From the NCBI RefSeq assembly GCF_009914755.1, contig NC_060931.1: 64,000 nucleotides of DNA; one strand, 5' to 3'. Every line of letters starts with the position of its first letter. Position 1 is the stretch's first letter. This stretch comes from the human T2T-CHM13v2.0 reference genome, Homo sapiens. Positions 57,603 to 64,000 of the stretch are shown here, piece after piece. Below the pieces are notes generated by a model that made no database searches, was not told the origin of the DNA, and worked only from the letters and a program-made list of their open reading frames with translations. The translations under genes and the position numbers were made by a program.

Positions 57603-58367
57603 AGATTGTAACCCAGAAGTAGTACCCAGTTGACCTGACATTTTTTTCTTCAAAGTCAAGATGTTCATAACAAATATTTAAAAAAAAGAGAGAGACTTTT
57701 GTGCTCCTACCTAAAAACAATTGCTGAATTGTGTAGAGAGGACAGAGAGTGGAGTATAAGATATGTCATGTTCCTGAACTATGCATCAAGCTCCAACTGT
57801 TTCCAGGATGGACCACTGAGCAGAATCACTTGCAGGGCCATTCCTTATATTTTCTCACATTCTCCTCCTTTGACAATCCTACTGAGAACAAAAGCCCAAA
57901 CAAACAACTGCATTAGCATTTTTCAGCTCAACAGTTTCTAAACTCTAACATTATTGAATCCCATTTCTTGATAATTGTTCCCATCATTAATTCATTTCTA
58001 TGGTTATCATTTTCCAGAATTAAAGATAACATTATTATGTAAATTTCAGACCCAATTACAATGAGAGCTCTTTTGGACACAGTGCTTGGGGCATCTTATC
58101 GGAAGACTAAGGTTCTTGATGAACGGACATATAGCGGGGTTCAGCATCCACATCCTGCCAGGGAGGATGAGAAGACTGTTTAATGAAGAGATTATAAATC
58201 ACAAGAAAAGTGAAGTTAAAAGAATGAGACATTGCATAAACATCCTATGAATCAGCATATAAAATAATGCCAAGGTATTTATATTCATTAGCAACAATGA
58301 GATAATGCTATTGTTCTTTCTGACTTAAGTGTTTAATCATTTATGAGAAGACTTCTATAACAATTTT

Positions 58368-58440
58368 TTAAATTCTATTATTATTATACTTTAAGTTTTA
58401 GGCTACGTGTGCACAATGTGCAGGTTTGTTACATATGTAT
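58368..58440 (-). mobile_element. Extremely truncated young L1PA 3' end
   Basis: TTATTATACTTTAAGTTTTAGG.TAC.TGTGCACAATGTGCAGGTTTGTTACATATGTAT. Perfect 12-bp TSD TATAACAATTTT at 58356-58367 and 58441-58452. Confidence 0.92.
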
Positions 58441-59369
58441 TATAACAATTTTGTCTATGTTTATGATGTTCTGTATGAGGTGGAAAGGAAGGTACACATG
58501 AATAACTTCTAAAAACGATGGACACTTGTTATAGAATTTATGTCCATGAAGGGATTTTGGAAAACCCCTTGCTTGCCTCAAGGAAAAACACTGTTTAATT
58601 CATCTCGGACAGATCAACTTTACCAGGCAAGAGTGCTTAAACAGAGGCAGGAGGCTGTAGGAGGAGGGGCAGCCCTTTTCAGCTGTCCAGCAAGCTTGTC
58701 TGTTCGGAAATGTTTCTTTTCCCTAACTGTAATCTTCATGCTATTGTCTATCATCTTCATCCCCTGATTTCAGGCCAGTGTTGAACAACTCACTCACCCT
58801 CTTCTGAAGCCTCTCAGTACCTGAGCAAGAGTCAGTCTTCACCAAAACTCAAGAAGAAACTCCTCCATGTGGTCCAAATCCGAGGGCAAAAAAAAAAAAA
58901 AAAAAAAAAAAATCACCACTGCAAACTATGGCCTTGGATAGCCTTCAAGAACTTCCCAGACACCGTGTGTCCACAGTTGCCTTGTCTCCCATCCTCGTTA
59001 TTTAAAGGAGTCAGGAGCCTGTACTCTCAGGGCTGCCACCTTCCTGAACTCTGTTAAACTCTGCTGAGATCCTTGCAGACAGTAGTCAACTTGCCTTTAA
59101 TTTAGCACTCAAGATTAAGGTTTGTAAACTTTTCTTAGCAAAATGCTTACTCTTTGGATGAACTTTGTCTTCTAAGAAGAAAATGCACATCTAGTAGGTT
59201 AGGGACACCAAGAATTTAGCCTAGGGATCTATGTGGAATTTTAATAACTCTACATTTTGATACATTCTAACGAAATTTGCTTCCATTTTTTATAACTGCT
59301 GTCTAAACCAAATATTAATTGGAACTTATGATATTCCTATAAACCATTTTTCTTTCAAGTTTGTATGCA

Positions 59370-59640
59370 TTGACTATAATAGTTCTAGAAACAGGCATTT
59401 ATAAAAAGTGGCTCTGTCATCAAAAGGGTTGCAAAAGTTTGCATGCTATCAGTTTGTTAGGAAAGTCACAATGCCTATTAGTATATTAAAGACATTAATA
59501 CATTTTGCAGAAGAAAAACACGTTTAACTCATTGAAACCAACATTGTTAAAATTTATTTTTGTGATGGATTACCCAGTAATCCATTAACTATTAGGCCAA
59601 GAATAGTATTCTAAGACCTGTTTAGGAAGCAAATTTCCAG
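59370..59640. mobile_element. Possible hAT-Charlie-type MER (MER103-like)
   Basis: AGTCACAATGC.TATTAG.ATATTAAAG...GTTTAACT resembles a recalled consensus. Heavily diverged. Confidence 0.4.
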
Positions 59641-60245
59641 ATCACTTCTTGAGCTTACTATTTTGACTTCTCTCATTCCAAGGCAAACTCTGATTCCTAA
59701 ACAGGTTAAGACTTTTCTACATCCACTTGCCTATATCCTTCACCTCTATATTTCTTCTTATCTGTCTACTCTCTGAGGTTAACCTGCACATATGTATTTC
59801 TCATAATGCCATCACATCTGCGGCATGTTTAGGACTTCCTCATCGATGTCTAACTTGGGTACCATCCTAGCATGGCACCCTCTCGACAGTGAAGATACCC
59901 TATGCCTGTGATGCTCAGTATTCCTAGTCCTGAACACAGAGCTTCTGTTATGTTTTCTTTTGTTAATTCTGATTAGCACCCTCTCTCTATTTCAGAGTAA
60001 TGAGAGTTTCAGAGCTTCTTATTTTGGTAGTTAAATGACCTTATATCCAGATTTCCTCTACAAAGTTAAGAGAATAAATGAATGAGACTCATTTCTTAAC
60101 ACTTTCTTTCCTTCAGATTACATAAATCTAGTTTTGTACTGTGGTATAGCCACTTCCTTTCTACCTTCCCAACCAGAGTAAATTTATTTCTAACTTTGTC
60201 TTCAAGTCTTTTGGATGTTATAAATGATAATAAGTAGTTCATTTT

Positions 60246-60564
<319 letters not shown>

Positions 60565-62624
60565 TTAATAAAATACAGATGATTTGTCATGGCAATAGAA
60601 AAATAAATACCTTTTTTTCCTTTCCAAATGTTTATGTAGTTCCTTCTGGTCCACATGGTTTCAAAAGCATGTCTTAACAAATATGCATCACCTTTATAGA
60701 AAGAGCTTACGAGAAGTTAGGCAAAAAGTAAACAAACACACAGCAAAGCAACAGAACTTTCCAATGACTTCGAAAGAAGGAAAGAAAGCAAATAACGACA
60801 ACTTTGGTGATTCATCATCTTGTTTATGGAATATCCAGGCAGTTTTTAAGGGGAACATTCCACTCCGTTTATGATTGTATAAATTATGGTTGAAGGCAGT
60901 TTTTGTTTCTCTCAGTTGCTGCAGCTGTGTGGGACTATGTTGAGAGAAATTTGATATAGTATTGACATTATTTTATGAAAGCTGTGTCAGGTTTTATTTG
61001 TGCAAATCATAGCTGAGAGACCCAAGTGACTATCACTTATTACTGAGAACAGCAAAGGAGATAAACAGATGGAGACGAAATAGACTAAACTTGGGCCACA
61101 AACTAAAGGAGAAAGAAAACAAGTTATGCTTATTTATGTCATGTAAAAATAATGCTTAGTGAGTAGTTCATTCTCTAATCGCCCTTATCAAATGTGGCAG
61201 AAGACTAGTTAGTAAGAATTAATAAGCTCCTCAAACTAGACTTTATGGAAACATATGCAGAACAATCTTTAGTGTGTCTTATTTCTTTTTAGTTTTATAT
61301 TTTTAAAAGCAGGTTGCTTTTCTTTTTGTTTTAAACTGATGTAGCTACTATAGGACTTACTCGTATACTCTAGAAGGGGCAAATCAGAATATTTTAGAAA
61401 TACGATAATTAGCAATTCTGGGCATAGTTGGTTTATTCCAAAAGTACAGATACTCACATCACATCTTCAATAAAAATGTTTAAAGGTGCCCTATTACTAA
61501 CGGTGCAAAGCCTCTCTCTTTCCAAAGTATTCAAGGCGATTTGAAGTCTGACCTCAAACCTGATCCCATGCTATTTCTTCAACTAAATCACAGCTCTTTC
61601 CCCTCACTCCATTCTTTCTAAGACATCCCCACTTCCAGTCTCACCTGACTAATTTCCATTACTAAGAGAAACTTGCCCTTCTCAGCGTGGATGTCTTGTG
61701 TAATTACGGCTGAGGACAGAGTGGCTCTTTGTCTGCCGTGTACTTTCTTGCAAAATCTTACCTATCCTTCTCATGGGGCTAGAAAAACTTTTCGAAATTC
61801 TCTCCCTGTCGCTGTTGTTATCATCATCTTCATAATCAGTCACTATTATCATCATCAACCACAAAAACAGGATTAAAAGAGGTTTCATTTTCATCATACT
61901 CATATTTCTACTCCAAACCATGAGGTTTTCCTGAGTATTGACATTTAAGAAGTTTACATAATCCCTTTAAGAAAAATAACAAAAAAATTACACATAAAAT
62001 AATCTTAGGTATAAAAAACAAATATAAATTCAGAATGAGAAAAAATACCATAATAAACTAAAACTTTTTTAACCTGACAAAAACTAAAAACATTACAAAA
62101 TCTGAAAATATTTTATAATATTTGAAACCTTGTTTTAGTATTCTTCTTTTGGGTTGCGTACACTTCGATAGTTTTTTCATATGCAATTATTTTGGAATAT
62201 AGTTCTTTGTAGGGTAGACTTTAAAAAATCAGTCTTCCTCTAGAATAGTTGTTCAAAAATATTATTTTTTATTGATAACTTGAATTTTTTTCCAGCCACA
62301 CAATTTCTTATTGGTAGTTATATAAATTTCAAAGGCTGTGTTAATTTGGGAAAAACCCCAACCAAATCCTGCTTTCAAATCTTGTTTTCTTTCCTTTATC
62401 CTACATGTGCAGTGCCCTACCCTCACCTGATTCAAAACCAGGTGAATCCACAGAGGGATAGGTGAGTATTCTTGGACCTTATCCCTCTGGAACCCAGCTA
62501 GCAAAGACCTAAATATTCAGTATGTAACAGCAAAGCACAAAAACAATAAAACCAGAATACATGCATCCTATTTAAATGTTTCATAGTGGCTCCCCAAATG
62601 TCCAAACCTACTGCTACACCAGGA

Positions 62625-62942
62625 ATGTATATATGTATATATATGTACACACAGGTACATACATATTTATATATACACACATATACATATATACACAAAT
62701 ATGTATGTAAATATGTATGTATATATGTATATGCATGTACATATATACATACATATACATATATACATCCTGGTGTTGCAGTAGGTTTGTATATACACAT
62801 ATATACATACATGTGTGTATATGTATACATATATGTATACACACATACATGTATACATGTATATACATATACATCTGTTTATGTATGCATATACACAATA
62901 TGTGTATATGTGTGTGTGTGTGTGTATGTGTATATATATATA
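62625..62942. repeat. Complex TA/CA/TG alternating purine-pyrimidine tract
   Basis: Seen directly. It is the source of the Y/I/C/V/H-rich spurious ORFs. Confidence 0.92.
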
Positions 62943-64000
62943 CTAGTGAACAATTACTGTGGTGCCTCCCAGAGCCTTGAAAGGTTGAAAGGTGCAGGCA
63001 AAAGCAGAAGCTCTGAAGCCTAGGCCTCATTGGCAGGGCAGTCTGTCCAGCAATGGAAGGTTTAAACTCCTTACCTACACAGGAACCTGATAGACGGAAT
63101 GCCTCCTCCCCTGGGCTCCACTGCCCAGAATCCAGAGCCTTCCTGGACCCTTGCTTCTCAGGTGGAAGAAGGCGAGTGACTCAGGTCTGCAGCCATTCTT
63201 GGCAATCTCTCCTTCCCACTCTGGTCCCTGTGCAATAAGTGAGTCTCCTTCATTGGTCTGGCCAGCCCTGCTTCCCCGCTAGCAATGTCAGTAAAAGAAA
63301 GTAGATACTCAGCCATTCCCTGCCCAATAAGAAAGAAAATATATACCTCGGGGCTCCAGAGTAAACACCATCTAGACTGCCTTATAAAGCCATCTTTATT
63401 TTATATTTGCCTATTGATAATTGTGTATGTGTGACTTCCTTTTAACACAGGTCCTTAAAAGAAAAGAAAAAGTGGCAGGTGGTGTAATTTCATTATTAAA
63501 TGTAATCTGAACCTCCAACAATTTGAGCAGGTTCAACTCTCAGGTGTATGGGACGTGCCAATTTATGTAGAGTCACAGCACTGAGACAGGGGATTTTATC
63601 AATCTTTTATTTACCAGCTAGTAACGATTCAGTAACTGGATAGACTATTAGAGAATAACGGTGTATTGAGATTACTAATTAAAATACTGTCTTATTCTAC
63701 ATTGTATTTCCTGCTTCATTAAAGCAGAAGCATTTTTAAACCTGTGAGACATACTTGGGTTTTCTGAATAACAATAACTTAATACTATGATTTTATTGTT
63801 CTAATTGCTCCAGAATTTCAAATTTATTTGTATAAAAATTTTCTACTTTGTAAAATCACAACAATTTCATTCAAAATTGACAAGCTGCAAAATTCACCCC
63901 TGAGGGGAGAATGTATTAGCTAGTAAAGAAAACTTGTCAATGTCAGTGTTTGAAGCTCCTTAAAAAGAAAAATTGAAGCAAAGTCCAATCTTTGTCATAT

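Noticed and set aside
58888-58912. Isolated A25 tract as a possible retrocopy or poly(A)-only insertion
   Set aside because: No convincing TSD, no AATAAA just upstream and no recognisable parent sequence.
62498-63030. ORFs of 114-145 aa rich in Y/I/C/V/H (also 37123-37545 and 57072-57346)
   Set aside because: They are translations of dinucleotide microsatellites, which lack stop codons.

Overview
Primate (most likely human or great ape) nuclear DNA. It is AT-rich, visibly CpG-poor, intergenic or deep-intronic in character, and dominated by interspersed repeats. I find no cellular protein-coding gene, RNA gene or prokaryote-type system. The only long ORF (48067-50928, 953 aa) is a LINE-1 ORF2p fragment inside a young L1PA3-like element with a clean twin-priming 5' inversion. 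Other elements: two complete THE1 (MaLR) proviruses in opposite orientation, a two-LTR MLT1B provirus, a solo HERV-H LTR7, two MST solo LTRs, three AluY-like and older Alus, an L1PB, Tigger/Zombi DNA transposons, MIRs and an ERVL pol relic. The less ordinary observations are: (i) the inversion geometry, which leaves both ORF2 halves open and head-to-head; (ii) an L1MA whose centre is replaced by a patchwork of MaLR fragments in both orientations; (iii) four separate fold-back inverted repeats, three tied to TA-rich tracts; (iv) a tiny ancient twin-primed L1MA. I do not see evidence for a previously undescribed biological system. Subfamily names come from recalled consensus sequences and need RepeatMasker/Dfam confirmation. 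Boundaries without a TSD are approximate.
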